Assembly: GCA_965235115.1 (NCBI GenBank)
Contig: OZ249436.1
Coordinates: 53,508,001 to 53,568,000, forward strand
Origin: Laetmonice hystrix
Lineage: Eukaryota
Direction of reading: 5' to 3'
DNA length: 60,000 bases
The notes under the pieces are model-generated. The model saw only the letters and a list, made by a program, of their open reading frames with translations. It did no database searches and was not told the DNA's origin. Every line of letters begins with the position of its first letter. Position 1 is the first letter of the stretch. A program made the position numbers and the translations under genes. Positions 36,499-50,397 of this stretch are shown here, in pieces.

Positions 36499-39442
36499 GT
36501 AAGTGGGCCTGGAAGCTTGTCTTTTCAGCTCATCGGCTGCTGCAGCTTGCAAATATAATTTTTTTTTAATTCTTCACTGATCATTTAATCCTTTAAAATG
36601 TGCATGGTCGTAATGTAAGGGGATGTACATGTACACATTTGGTGGAGTTTAGAAATAGAATTTGTATGATGTCCAGACAGCCCTGGCATGAAAAATGGCT
36701 TTATTCCATAACAAATCGCGCTTCTTATTCACTGTCTCACAAATTTTGAAACTTGTCTGTGTCTAAAAAACACATCTGAGAAAGTACCCGTTTTCAAAGT
36801 ATCACAATTTCCTTCCTCGTGGCCTTCTTATGTAACGGTATACATGTCAAAGTGGTTGTGGCTCACACTTAAGATAATCGTGATTATTCCCTACTACGTC
36901 GTATCAGTGCTAATTGACATTTTTTAAATGACATTGATTGTGTTGAGATTGAGGCTATTTTCTGAGCTCTCCTGGCTGTAATTTGTATTCGTGTTGGAAG
37001 ATCATGCAGTGATCATGCAGTACATTGATGTTTTTCACAAAATTAACCTCTAATCACCCGATAACATAACATAATATATCTAGGGACTTATTGAAAAGTA
37101 CCACGTAAATAGCTCGTGTGTACCAAACTGCCATGTCATAATGGCATGAGGCTTTCAGAGCATGCATGCCAAGCTTTAGATATCGCAAGGCTGTATCAAC
37201 CCGCTTGTGTTTGTGTACTGTTACAAGCTCAATGACTGTTGTCTTTTTTCACCCTTCGTTTACAATTGGTCTCTACGTACAGCATCAAGGATGCAGCTAA
37301 TCCCAGAAAAAATACATAATGTCATTGTACTCGTATACAGCAGGGCTATGATTGGGACGTTGGTGGTGTGTAATGTATGTATTTTCTGAAGGGGAGGAGG
37401 TTTGGTTGATGGATATATTTTTGCCTTTCCCATAACTTCAGTGATTGCCCCTTCCGATGAACCGTTTTGTTCCATTATTTAATCTCTCCCAAGAAACCAG
37501 AGAATCGACTAGTGTCATCTGTTCTCGTGACAAGTTGATTTGAACATGTTGAACAACTCTGGCTTCAGTCGGCACGTGCCGTGGAATACATATGTCAGTT
37601 CACCCCGACCTATTAACATAACCACTTGGCATTGTCAACGGTCTTTACCTATTGCCATTTTGCACTTTGGCCAAGTGGGACATGGTACAGTGGTCTAGCA
37701 ACCTCTTAGCACCAAAATGTAAAAGTAGGGGACAGCTAAAGGTATACACTGTATTTCTTATATGACTCTAAATAAGTTCCTGATTAATGCCATGGACATG
37801 GCATTGTGAGGAGGCAGTGTTCAAAGGATAAAGAAATCAGGAAGTCAAATACATGACATTTGGGGGTCTTCGTTGAACTTGAATGAACTTGAATGACTGT
37901 TGCTATGTTTTTTTTTGTTTTTGTTTTGGGGGAGGGGGGGGGGGGTAATAAAGGTGGCACACCAAGACCGTCGTTATTCTACCGGGTTTGAGCAATAGGC
38001 CGTTGCTGTCACAGCAGTAGGGAACAACCAAGCTTCTCTGACTCTGTGTGATTAATAAAGTTGGTAGCTTAAAGAAGAACAGAAGTCATAATTGCCTGTG
38101 TGGGAGGCAGTGTGTGAGGGGGAGGGGTAACTGACAACTGGTTCAAACTGACAACAGTTGTCAGTTTAGATCCAGGCAGAAATAATTTTGGTCACGTGCC
38201 CCACCCATGTCTGGCCGTCGGGTTATGTTTGTAGTTGTCTGGTTGGACTGATGAACTGGGATCACTTGCTAACATTCCAACCGTGACACTGGCCACAGCT
38301 GCGTTAGGTCGGTCATGATATTCTCATGTGAAGGGAACTCGAGGTGAAACTCTGCATTGACCTGTATTGTGATCCACCTATCGGTCACGAGTATAACAAA
38401 TGTGTGTCACAAACAGATCCAAATCAAAGCTTTATTTGCCTGGTATCTGTCACTTCACGTTGACCTGATTGGATGAAGGACCCTGTATTTTATACTGGAG
38501 TCGGGAAGTGCCGAGCCCGATTACTAAACGACATCCGGGAGACTGACCCTTGGTGTCTTGGGTGCGCTGACAGGCATCATTGACATATTGATGACCCCTT
38601 GTCCTTGTCAGGGTTCACTTTGATGACTCAGCGGTGGGTCCAGGAACTTTGGAAGGGTGGAAAGTTAAAAGTCGGTCAGAAATAAGGAAGCGCCCCCCCC
38701 TCCAAAAAAAAAAGGCCACTGTGAATGGCTTGATTTCTCCTGTGGCATGGCTCTCTGACAGGTGATCCATTAGACCGGCGTGACAGGGTCGTCTCAGACA
38801 CGGGAGATAAGGGTCCTGCTGGTATATATCAGGGTTACCTGTGGGGACACGAATGATTCGCCTCCTCGGGTTATCGTTATGGGTCAAGCTAAGCGGCACT
38901 CCGCTGCCACGTTACGCTATAACGCTTTATTGCGAACCCTGAGTATATCGTGAAAGAGCTGGGACTAGGGAGGCGAGAGAGTACGGGCCAAGTCAAGTTG
39001 GCACGGTAAAAAGGAGCATAACAATGGCTGAGTACCTGGCCAACAAGGCTTCATTTAGGTCATGACGTCATGACGAAAATACCCTTGTTAGTGGGTAAGT
39101 TCGGCCTCAGGCAGATTGGTAAATCTAAAGTCTAAAGGGTTACTTGCCAGGGAGAAAGAAATGCCGAGAAACTCCGCCCTTGCCCTTAATCGTGTCTTTA
39201 TATCACCCGGCAGTTCCCAGGTGCAGGGATCTTTTGAGGTTGTGGTTTTGGTACCAAGGCTGCAATATGATCAATTGGCAGTTCCTTTCACCAGGCTGTG
39301 TGTTCCAGTGATACAACATTCAGAATACTGTCGTCTTACTTCACGGAAATGATATGATATCACCATAATTGGTAGTAATATCTTTGTATGGGATTGCTTC
39401 CCTGTGGCAGGTTTATTTCTCATTCCATCCTCATCAGGGACT

Positions 39443-39623
39443 CGGTGCACGGACATTTGGGTCACGGACGTTTTGGACCACGAACCTGCAACCTAGGATA
39501 TTTTGGCCACGTGTTTAGGGTTAGGGTTAAGGTTAAGGTTAGGGTTAGGGTTAGGGATAGTGTTCGTGTTAGGTTTGCAGGTTCGTGGCCCAAAACGTCC
39601 GTGGCCCAAATGTCCTACATTCC
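39443..39623. mobile_element. Short element with subterminal inverted GGACATTTGGGCCAC repeats and a central (TTAGGG)-like tract
   Basis: inverted arms around TTAGGGTTAGGGTTAAGGTTAAGGTTAGGG. Confidence 0.8.
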
Positions 39624-39855
39624 TCGGACTCGTGGGTAAAATAGGTCCCTTGACTGAATTAAATGGTTCCTATCGCCCTGATTTATGACTGGTCCTGACC
39701 TTATCCTAGGTCACGAGGAAAATCTGATTATTTTCTTACTAATTTAACTAAATTCAACAAAAGAACACAATATCGTCAGGGAAATTAGTCTCTATTATAA
39801 TTAATATAAGTTATAATTAGTCTCTATTATATAACGGAATTAAGGCTTAATGAAT

Positions 39856-40230
39856 CAGGGCTCAACAAATTCCACTGCCCGATTGCCCAGGGCAACTTCC
39901 TATGATATCGGGCAGGTAATTAATTCATAGCCGTTGTCTGCCAGACGGGCAAGAGACAATGAATTTCGTATTCTTTTAATTTCAATGTTACTTTTAATGC
40001 AATGAGATTAAATGAACTTTCCAGGCTGATAATTTACTGCAGTATTAATTTGAAAAAATGCCCAATTAAAAATTTATCAAATAAAAATCAATCTGTAGCC
40101 CATCTTTCTTTTAAATCACAGGGGTTCAAAATTTTTAAGTTATCAAGGAATATATAAGTAAAGCATAGATCAATTAATTTTGATAAGTAACTATAGTTAG
40201 GTTTTTTTTTATTAAATTTGTCGAGCCCTG
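39856..40230. mobile_element. hAT-like MITE
   Basis: CAGGGCTCAACAAAT...ATTTGTCGAGCCCTG; flanks TGAAT/TGAAC. Confidence 0.7.
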
Positions 40231-41682
40231 TGAACATTATATTATTGCAAAAGTGTAGAAAATTCCGATGGGGCAGACGTTATGTTTCCACATGATGATA
40301 TACGAGTGTAAAGGACTGTATGAAACGTATCGCACACGGCTAGCTGTCGGAAGATGTACCGATTGGCCGACAGGATCGGGAGATGGCTGTCGTCGTTAGT
40401 GGTGGTTGTTGTTGGTGTTGTTGGTGTGATGCTGTCATGGTTGCCTGATTACTAGGTAGATGTACCGCCCGCCCGCGCCTCCTCGCCACCTGATGGTAGT
40501 ATTGATTGAGGCCCGCTGACTTGTAGAGAAAACCTCACGCAGGCTCCTTCAACCCCTGAGGATCCAGGCTTAGAGCGGTGTTGGGTGGGGTAGGGTTGAA
40601 TCCAGGTGCGGCCTAACCTTGCTGGTATGGACGCACTCCCACACTCTTCTACCTACTCGGGCCTTCCTCAGCAAACACTCAGGGCGACCGAGTCAGACAG
40701 TGGAGCTGACAATCTGAGTAAGGATTCGGTTGTGTCTGTATATGAGGCCATTGGTCGGACTCTACAGGTCATAGCGGAGGGAGAACAGCAGGCAAGCTGG
40801 AATGGTTTCTATGGTAGGTTTAGTCGAACTGGAGGATCCTGACAGGAAGTGGTCACTATCATCTGAAACAACTCGCCAAAAAAACGATCGTTACTGGAAC
40901 TGTTCAAGTGAGACTCAAGGAGCATGGATAGAGGACACCCCACTCTATTTCTAGTGTACTTGCACTGTACTTGTGAAAATAGGGCAACTGGAATATAGTG
41001 CCCTTATGACCCGTACAGTGTTATCATGCGAACAGTTCAGAAAAAGGTTCAGAAAAACAAGAAGTTTGTGATTGGAAAATGGAGATTACCTTTAGAAAAC
41101 ATATATAATGGGGCGCGAGTTATTGTCATTCATTTGTGATGTGCTGTTTTTGGCCACAGAATTGGAAGCTCTCCCAGCGTGGAACAGCGAGATAGGATAA
41201 TATAAGTTGATGGTGTTAGTTTGTGAAAGAACAGAATGCACTCTCTGCTTCTCGAGAGTTGTTGGTATTTAGGTAGAAATTGGATGCAAACACTGAGTGA
41301 CGGTTGTATGTTTTGCTCAGACGATTTTTTTGGGGTGCCTGGCACTTGGTGACATTTGTTGTACATGTAATTGTGTATTCTCTGGAAACAGGGTTGTGAG
41401 TCAGTGAAATGTCATGGGATTTTCTCAAGTCTTTTAGACTCTGTAGGATAGGCTTATAAAGTGTCATGCTGTTTCTTCAATTGGGATCTACTGGAAGACT
41501 TTTGTTCAGGCCAAGCATGCCAAGTCAACTTGTTTGTGTTTGAGATGTAGACATTTTGCGGTTTTGTTTCTTCAGTTTTCCTAAATCATCCGTGAAGGCA
41601 ATCATGGAGGCAGCCCTGATCGAGATGTCCAACCAGGCACAGTATCTGCAATACGTTGATTGTTGATAAATTGTTGTTGCAG

Positions 41683-41900
41683 ACCCATGAGACGTCGGAG
41701 CTGAGTACATACAATGAATATGATATGATGACAGATGAAGACAATGGGACTTCTACACAGAGTGATGCCAACACCCCGCCCCACGGCACTGAAAATACAG
41801 TCAGACTTCCACTTGGCCATACTAACCCCTCCTTCAACTCAGAGGATGACGTAGATTCAGCAATCAGTGGAAAATCTAGTGAAACATATGAACATTTAAG
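41683..41900 (+). CDS. RAB11FIP4: Rab11-FIP3/4-like exon 4
   Basis: TTGCAG acceptor; THETSELSTYNE...DVDSAISG...EHL; AG|GTAAAT donor, phase 2. Confidence 0.82.
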
Positions 41901-42369
41901 GTAAATATAGCTTACAGATCAGTACTTTTAATATAAGGTACCGGGTACCTGGGAATCAATTGTTGTTTGATTGATGTAGCCAACCATTTTAATAATTGGA
42001 CTGATTTGTAACAGGTAACGGGTCACTTTTATCAGGTTCGTAGCCACGCCCAGACGGCTCATCAGCTTTGCCTATTTATACATAGTGTGTATGTGTATGT
42101 TATTTTTGGATTCATTGGTGGATAAATTCTACCTTTACCAATTACTTCCAGAAAGATCTACCAGATCTTGGCGAAACATTTTAAATGAAACTCAGACTAA
42201 TGGTTCATATAGCCAGTATCTAGGACGAGTTGGATAATTAGTATTATTATAAGGATTTTGCAAGGATATATAAAGGGATTATAATTGAATTTTATTATTT
42301 ATACAATGTACTATAGTTAAAATCTTTAACTTTTAAAAGAAAGCCCAACAAAGCCTCTTTTCATTGTAG

Positions 42370-42495
42370 GCGTGAACAAGAAGTGTCTGAAGAAGAGGAA
42401 AGATTTGAGGATTACGGAGAAGCAGATGAGATTGAATCAGAAAGTGATAGCCACACGTCTACGGTTCGGGATCATAACAAGCTACAACCACCAAG
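42370..42495 (+). CDS. RAB11FIP4: Rab11-FIP3/4-like exon 5
   Basis: TTGTAG acceptor; EEEERFEDYGE resembles the FIP3/4 FEDYGE motif; AG|GTTGGT donor, phase 2. Confidence 0.85.
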
Positions 42496-42773
42496 GTTGG
42501 TGATACGATTACTAGGCTGTTCGATATTTTGGATTTGGGCACAGCCTTGAAGTAAGCACATGGATTTTTAGCTCAGCTTTGTCTGAGGCGCTTCTCACCT
42601 GGTTCGTCCATCCGTCGGTCTCTCTATCATCACTCTATATCTGTGTGTGTCTAGCATGACTCTCTGTAAAACTACACGACAGAAACTGTTTGACCATAGT
42701 GAGCTGCATCCGTGAGACGTTTTCAATACCACCTCCTGAGACCCCGGCCCAAGTTAGCGGACAAACTTTAGCG

Positions 42774-42942
42774 CAGTGGGGGATCCACTGGTCTGGCCTG
42801 GTCCCCACTTAGATTTTCCTTCTTTTTTTAAATGAAGACGCATTAGTACAGTCACAATCAAATCATGCCGAGCGCCGAGGCTAAAAGATGTTTTAGGCAT
42901 TTAGGTAGCCCCCTGCCCTTACCAAATCCTGGATCCCCTCTG
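42774..42942. mobile_element. GC-terminal MITE, same family as 7562-7712
   Basis: CAGTGGGGGATCCA...TGGATCCCCTCTG; shared TTAGATTTTCCTTC...CACAATCAAATCATGC. Confidence 0.7.
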
Positions 42943-45900
42943 GTAGTGCCATCTCAGCTCGCTGAAGGTTACCAGTGGGGTGGGAGGGAGACACGGCTTG
43001 GTAGAGAGGTGCTTTGGTTAGTGACATCTGGCGAACAAACGGTCTATCGATCAAACCATGGATGCAGCCTCGTTGATTTTGTAGTTACACATGAAAGAGA
43101 CTGCAATTTCAAACCAAGAGAACCATATTTCACATAGTAGCTGCTTATATTCTGTTTATATTCTGGTTATATTTTGTTTTCCATAGTACTGGTATAATGA
43201 GACAACATTTCATGTTCTTTTCCTCTAAGCCCGATCAGAATTCCTTTTCATGGGAACAAAGGCCCCTTTTTTTCTAAAAGTAATTCTTGTTATAAACAAA
43301 ATTACGGGCATATGAGAATGGGATACCTTGTTATAGTGCTCAGAATTTTTGTCATACAGCCTGCCTGAGAGACAATGTTGAAGCTTACTGCAAGCTGCTG
43401 GCACAGTACCGTTACTTTTCATGCACGGTACAACTATCCCGCTTACGGAATATGCCTAGCCTTCATATGGGTGTGTCTCGCTGGGGCAAAGTGAAGCAAA
43501 TGATGTGTCCATCGTGACTGCTACATAACTGATTCATTAGAGTTCCTATGAACTAAGTCGGCACCACAAACCTCAAAAGTCGCTAACTTGTTGAGTCTCA
43601 GAGGAACAGAGTTTTCTGATTGGTTTAAATGTATTTTTTTTAAATGGCTGTCTCTTTAAGGCCATGGCAGGTGATCATGATATTCCCCTTTTCGATGCTC
43701 TACAGCTCAGTGTAAGTTTTGGATATGCCTAGCACGTAGTAGTTGTAGTCATTAAAGTTTAAACTACATTATTTACCTTCCCTGTAAATTCGCCATGATT
43801 TAGGTCAGGGAGCTACCAGTCTGTATGGCCTGTATGCATATCCTACATATAGTGCAAGAAAATGTCATGTGGCACCTCTCCCTTTGACCTTGTCTGGTCA
43901 TGTACGTTTCCACTGGCGGGTCTGCTTCTGGCTAACTGAGCAAATTACCAGCGTCAATTTGAACATTAATTGTGTCCTCTATCAGTTCAGCAGACACGTT
44001 TTCACTTTGTAGTTGTGGTGGTATATGAGAAGCTGCTGAACTCAGTGCGGCCATTCGCTGGTGCAGCATGTCACAAATCCCAGCTTACTACCCATGTATC
44101 GTTGTTTTCACACAAACTGAAGAACAGAGATCATGTTTTCGGTTTCGACAGGCCAGTTTTTCACTGCAGCCTTATCAGAGAGCCATGCGGGAGTTTATTG
44201 ATGCTGTGTGTGAATGTTTATCAAAACGTCTCACTGTAATCCAAGCCACCACCCTCACGGTCAGCTGCCTGACCCAGAAACCGAGTGAACATGGCTGAAA
44301 GTATTGGCGAATGGCCGAGTGATCATGCCATGAATCATGCCGTCTATGGTGACTGGCACCTGAAACGGTTGTCCTTAATTAGTGTGAAATCTTATAACAG
44401 TCACACGGACTGCACCTGTTTGTGTGGAGTCGATAACAATACTGTACAGCTCGGCCGAGATCGTGGGGGACCATTAGCGCTGTTGGTACGCTGTCTGATG
44501 AAGTTGTCGATAAGGCACTTATTACCTGGAAATATAACTGACACAAACACACACATTTTACAAAGGGCGGGGCCAAAGAGAGAAAACTGGCAAGAAAAAA
44601 AATGACTGTGCTGGGTTGCAGCATGGTCACTTCAGAAAGCTCTTTCAGGACAAATGGAGAAAAATTGGTACCTGGGGGGTGGGGGTGATGATCCCCACGA
44701 CCCCCTGGCACCGCCGCAGTATTATCGGCGCGTTGACAGCTGCAATCAAACTAGAAGAATTAATCTTAGGGGGTGGGGGTGGGGTGTGAATATTGTCGTG
44801 TGTGCCCTCATCGTCGACTTATCATGGTATGTTAGAGCCACAAACGGCAGTTATAACGGCCACTAGTGGGAAAAGAAATTGGTCAAAACGATTACAACCA
44901 ATAACACATTTAGACGTTGCGTTGATATTCGTTTAGAGAAAGGTCGGAGCTGACCTAGAAATTTGCATGATGTTCGACTTCATTGGGAATCGTTCAAGCA
45001 GATCATGCCCGTGCTACATTATTGATGACCGTCTCACGGTCTGCTCATAAATTTACCATCCCCAGGCAGCGTGGTCAAATATTTCATTCTCATAGGTTTA
45101 ATATCTAAACATTGACACGAACCAGGTTTCATTATAATGACCTAGTAAAGGAATAATGTAGTTGCCTTCGGTTAGAGGAGTAATGGCCTGCATGTACATG
45201 TAATATGTAATAATATGTAAAAACATTTAGGGTGTAAGTCCAAGTCCGAAATCTCTGAATTTAAGTAGGATGTCACAGTTTGGTAGCAGTACTAGGGGCT
45301 ATCTACCTATTCTGTGCTATATTCCCATAGCTTAATTGTGCTACCTCCTCGGTCGTAACGTCTATGTTCAAAATTTTGAAATTTAAAGGAGAAAACGCGA
45401 ATTGGTGAATTATTTTCTCTCCATTTTTTCTATAGTTGTAATGAAAAGAAGTGATAGAAAAGATTGATTACAAGTAATTGATCACATGGAGTGGGTGAAT
45501 ACAGTTGTGCCAGATTTCTACCAGGAATGACAAATGAAATATAAGAATCGATATTCGGAGTCAGATTCAAGTGTAATATTTGAAATGTAGAGTATCGCAG
45601 TGATTGTGTTTGATGACTGAATGATGAGTACGAGCCAGCTCACGTCACCTCGTGTGTCTATCACAGTTCTCAGCATGTTTTTTCACAGTTAGCGCTACAC
45701 GGCGCCACTCCTGGGCGCTGTAATAACTGTCAGGGAATAAGTCAGGGATTTCAGAGTACTGGAAATCAGTTGGTGCCATATGGACCCTAATAACAGCCCA
45801 TTAAGTATTCATGGAGTAAGTGTGGAAAATTTCGTGCAGTTATGTTTCAATCTGGCATGGTGCAGTCAATCATGCCAGGGTGGGGCAGCCATGGGAGCCT

Positions 45901-47573
45901 AGCGTCGGCTGACACGTGCGACCTTGGTGGGTGTCCATTGTTTTAAAACGGGAGAATTGTAGGTGATGGCACCATGCTGACCTGACAATGTTCACCTCTG
46001 TTTGAATATTATCATATTAAGTTTTGTGATTCAGCTATGGTTAATGCACAATGCTTTGTGTATGATTCTCAATCTCAGCGCACATATTAGGACTTTTGCT
46101 GGCACCTATGCACCTATCGTATTGACTTAGACCTGTCTTACGTAAATAATGTAAATAATTGTATTACTTGTAACAAATGAACAGCGCCAAAATATATATT
46201 TTTAAAGGATATAAAGGATGTTTCCATTAGCCAGCTACCTAAAACACAGCCATCGTTAAAAGTCTACTCATGGCTCGAAGCATGAGAAAAACAAAATCTT
46301 GCCTCATTGTCCTAGATCTAGTCCAAAGTAACGAACGTGTACGAATATTTTGTATCTGTCTTAAACCCAAGAGGAAGAGCATCAACAAAGTTAGACGTGA
46401 GCATGATCAACTAATTACTAAACATAACAAAACAGTTTGCTAAAACTATTTTCACATTTAAAAGGATTTGTTTGCCTTAAGTATTTTTTAGCCCATACCC
46501 TTTCCTCCCAACAAAAACAGGCTCGCAGCCCCCCCCCCCTCCCAACTTTTTGTGGTTCCTAATCATTAGTCTATTTTACAAATGAGGACCTTAGACTAGC
46601 CCCCTCAATAATTCAATGAAAGTTATCTAGCCCCCTCAATAATTTGATGGTAATTACGGGCCTGAGATTGGTCATTGACGTCCAGGATTACCTATGAATG
46701 AGATAAGCAGAAGTGGTGGTCGTGTCTTTGTTTTTGATGGGCGTGGGTATGTGTTGTGTTTCACTTGAGGTAAGAACGGGAAGTCAAATGGCACATTTCT
46801 ATTCCATGTTCATAAATGAAGCGGGAAGGTGCATGCATGGTCATGTTGACAGTGTTGGTGCTTAGGACTAAGTCTATAGTCATTGTCATGAATAAAACAA
46901 CCCATTACATACGACTGCTGTCAGTTTCCAAAAGCAAGGAAAAACGATGTCGACAGTAAGAAAAAAAGGGATATTTTATGGTGCACGTTTGCTGTTAGTT
47001 TATTGTTCAGAGACTTTGCGTAACAATGTAATAATAGTTAATTTGCAATGTAAACTCGCGTACTGGAAGTTTTTTTAAACAATAGAGGTTATCAGCTATC
47101 GCATTTTCTTTTTTTCCGCATTGTCTGATCTGTATCCTGGGGTACAGCATACATAATGTCCTTTTATCTTATACTAGTGTTCTCAAACCAGTTATACAGA
47201 GTGACTGAAAGACATTTGGCTTATAATGATGATGCGTCCGGACTAGACTTAAAAGAAATAGCAGAACGTCTAGAACCATATTGTCAGCTCTCTAGCAGAT
47301 ACTTATAGTGTACAGTGTGGTAGTATTTAAATGTACCCAGAGCTTGTATTGCCCCATCGTGAACACTGACATCAGATCCTCATTTGGCGTCAGTGCATCT
47401 GATGAGCACCTTCCTGTCTCTTTACAACGTATACATTTCAAGTGTTTCTTTTTAGAGACTACCGTTCAGTAATTGTGGTAGGCCATTTTCGGCTGTCGTG
47501 TACAGACTAGCGTTACTTGTAACTGATCTTGACAATGTGTTCTGTCCTCCTGTCCTCTTCCTTGTGCTCTCAG

Positions 47574-47639
47574 TGAAAACGTAAGGAAATCGCGCCATCG
47601 TGACCGCAGGGACTGGCTCCGACCGCGGAGAACCAACGG
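47574..47639 (+). CDS. RAB11FIP4: Rab11-FIP3/4-like exon 6 (66-nt symmetric, basic)
   Basis: long pyrimidine tract + CTCAG acceptor; ENVRKSRHRDRRDWLRPRRTN; phase 2/2. Confidence 0.6.
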
Positions 47640-50397
47640 GTATTTACTGCTCCTCTCCTCACTAGACGCGTCCCAGACAATGCTTGTCGGTTCATGGCTA
47701 CATAGCCTGCCTGTCGTCCGTTGATTTCAGAGGATTCCTAGGTGCAGGCCAGCCAGAGATTGAGATAATTGGTTCCACATCTCTGTGAAAAACTGATAAG
47801 TAAGATTACAGGATAGAAATTTGTCTGGTTTAATTTGTGAATTAGTACTGAACGCCGTTTTCGAGATGTAAAACGTTTATAAATCTATAGTATGTTGAAG
47901 ACCTTTGATACTTTACTGCACCAGGAGATATTTACACAGTTTATGATGTTAATTTACATGATACGTTAATGTTAGAATTATGGGGAGATGCTGGCACCTG
48001 GCCTCTGGTAATCATCGGACCTATGAACCACGAGCACTTGGAGCACCCAGCGTCTAGTTCTGTTTGTATATTGTCTGCATGCTGCCAGTTAATTGTCGGC
48101 TTTCAGTGTCCCGTGTATTTGCACTAGCTTTTAAACCCGTTATCCTCCGAAATATAACACCTTGTGATTTTAAAAGTGATTACTTCACGGTGAGGTTTAG
48201 AACAGGATCGCAAGGAAATTGCAAGCTCTTATATTTGGAGAGTTCTGGGGATTAGTCATAACTTTCTGTTTTGCTTCTATCCATTTTTTCATATATTATA
48301 TTAATGAGGCAAGTTTTTGAAAGAGTTGACTCTTTCGGCTGTTTTCTTGAATTTAAGAATTCCAGGAGAGAGGTTTTATTGGTGGCACCTGAGTGAAAGC
48401 CAGCACGTGCCTTTACAGTCAGGCAGCAGGAAAGGCCTGGAATTCGGTTGTCTTTAAGAACAATATAAGTACACAAATAAGTTCACATTGCTGTTTTTAT
48501 AAGATTCTCAAGAAGTTCACATTGCTGTTCTGATAATATTCTCAATGCCTTAAGGTTTGATTATTCTGGAGTGTAGGTCAGCGGTGAGATTTAAGCAGGA
48601 TAACTTACAACTTCCAAGTTTTATTGTAGAAGGCATTGAATGAAGCGTCAATTTTGCGCTGAAAGTTTTGCAGTTTAATGTACATGTTGTACATACTTGG
48701 GCATTCATATCGTAACGGTAGGGGCTCTTAGAGATTAACCGTTGTAAAGTTATAGAAATTTAACCTAGAGACAGTGTAGAGGCATGTAGACATGATAGTA
48801 AATAACACTTCTGTAGTTTTCCTCAATGGTACTGCAATGTTTTGTCGTAGACATTACTTATATGCATCATACTGAGTTCTTAGACGCAATGGTATTTGGA
48901 GCATTTTGAAAAAAAAAAATTTCTGCCAGTTATTAACGACTATCAAACAAGTCTGATAGAGAAACACTGGCATTAAAAGTATCTTATTTAATAGGTGGAT
49001 TTACCCATACTGGAAGAAGTTTTTAAATCTGTTAAACAAAAATGACGGTTCTGTGAGTGCATGAGTGAGTGAGTGAGTGATAGCAAGTCGTGGGCGGTTA
49101 CTGGCAGGGAAGAGGCCATCGTACCATAGGTTACATACGTTTATAATGGCCCAGATGCACTAGTCAGGCTGTCCTGACACCGTCATGATAATATGAAATC
49201 TTGTGTAACAAAAATGTTCAGACCACCTGCCTATGCCTGGGGCAATTTTGACGTCACCGGATCTTCAAAGGCATGTACATACAGGTACCGGTAGTCTAGT
49301 GTATTGTACATTTGACTCTCGCCAACCAGGTATAGCCCGACTGCCACCGTTTAACGTGCTTTGTAAATTAGGACAAAGTTTTAATTTTTATTTGAAATAA
49401 CTACCGATATTTGATTAAAAATAAATAGTATTAGATAAGTGAGATATTTTTAATATTTTCAAGATCAAATTTCTTAAAGATAATATGGCACATCGTAGAG
49501 AAATCATGTAAGCCTACGTAAGTTTTCTTGCTTTCTTATCCAACCTCGTCCTCTCGGACATAGAAGACATCGAACGCATAGCTATCCTACGATGGAGAGT
49601 GGTTAAAGAAAATTGACACAAAGGTGATACAGGACAGTAACTGCGATAACGATGACTTTCGTTATTAATCATGGTAGCTTTCAGTCATAGATAAAAAGAA
49701 ATATTTATTAGACTTAATTTCATCTTAGATACCCTCGCCGATTAGATCTTTAATTAGTGTCTCGAAGCTTCAGCCGTCTCTCTGTCTCTTAAATGGCCCT
49801 AATTTGTCTGTCCTTTCTACACGTTGATCATGAGGTAGTGTATGCACTGCAGTCAATCATACTCTACCTCCTCCATTTTCATTTTCAAACTTCTAACATC
49901 GACATTGCCACAGTTGGAGTTAAGAACTGGTCAGTAATATTATTCCGTTTCCGCAACAGATAAATATAAGTCATACGCCATTTGATACATAGAGCATGTA
50001 CATGTGTGGTCAATTATACACCACGTACACCTTCGCAGAGCCTTATAGGTCATGTGTATTAGACATGCAAGGGTACGGAGGTAGTCTGCGTTATAACACT
50101 ATGAATTATGTACCAGAGCTGGATTCGGTCGGAGTGATCACGACTTGAGGCCAAGGCAGAGACTGCATGCAATACCCCGTGGTCAAAAGTACATCCCAGG
50201 CTACAGATATCATGGATAGTAACATTTACCTTCAATAAGCTTCTTTGAACTTTTATTCGGTGCTATTGTCAAGATATTTCTACGTTAATTCTAAATCAGA
50301 TATTGTTTGTCAGAAAAGTAGTTATCTGAAATAAATAATCTAAGTTGTGTATTTTACAGATATTTAGGTGTGATGCAGTTTAATTATTTAACCGGGT

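Noticed and set aside
39023..39100. ATG plus GTAAGT donor as an alternative FIP first exon
   Set aside because: The ATG frames either stop or end in phase 1, incompatible with phase-0 exon 4; at most a non-coding exon.
40500..40900. Possible old LINE fragment on the minus strand (VRPHLD-like)
   Set aside because: Only one weak motif; insufficient support.
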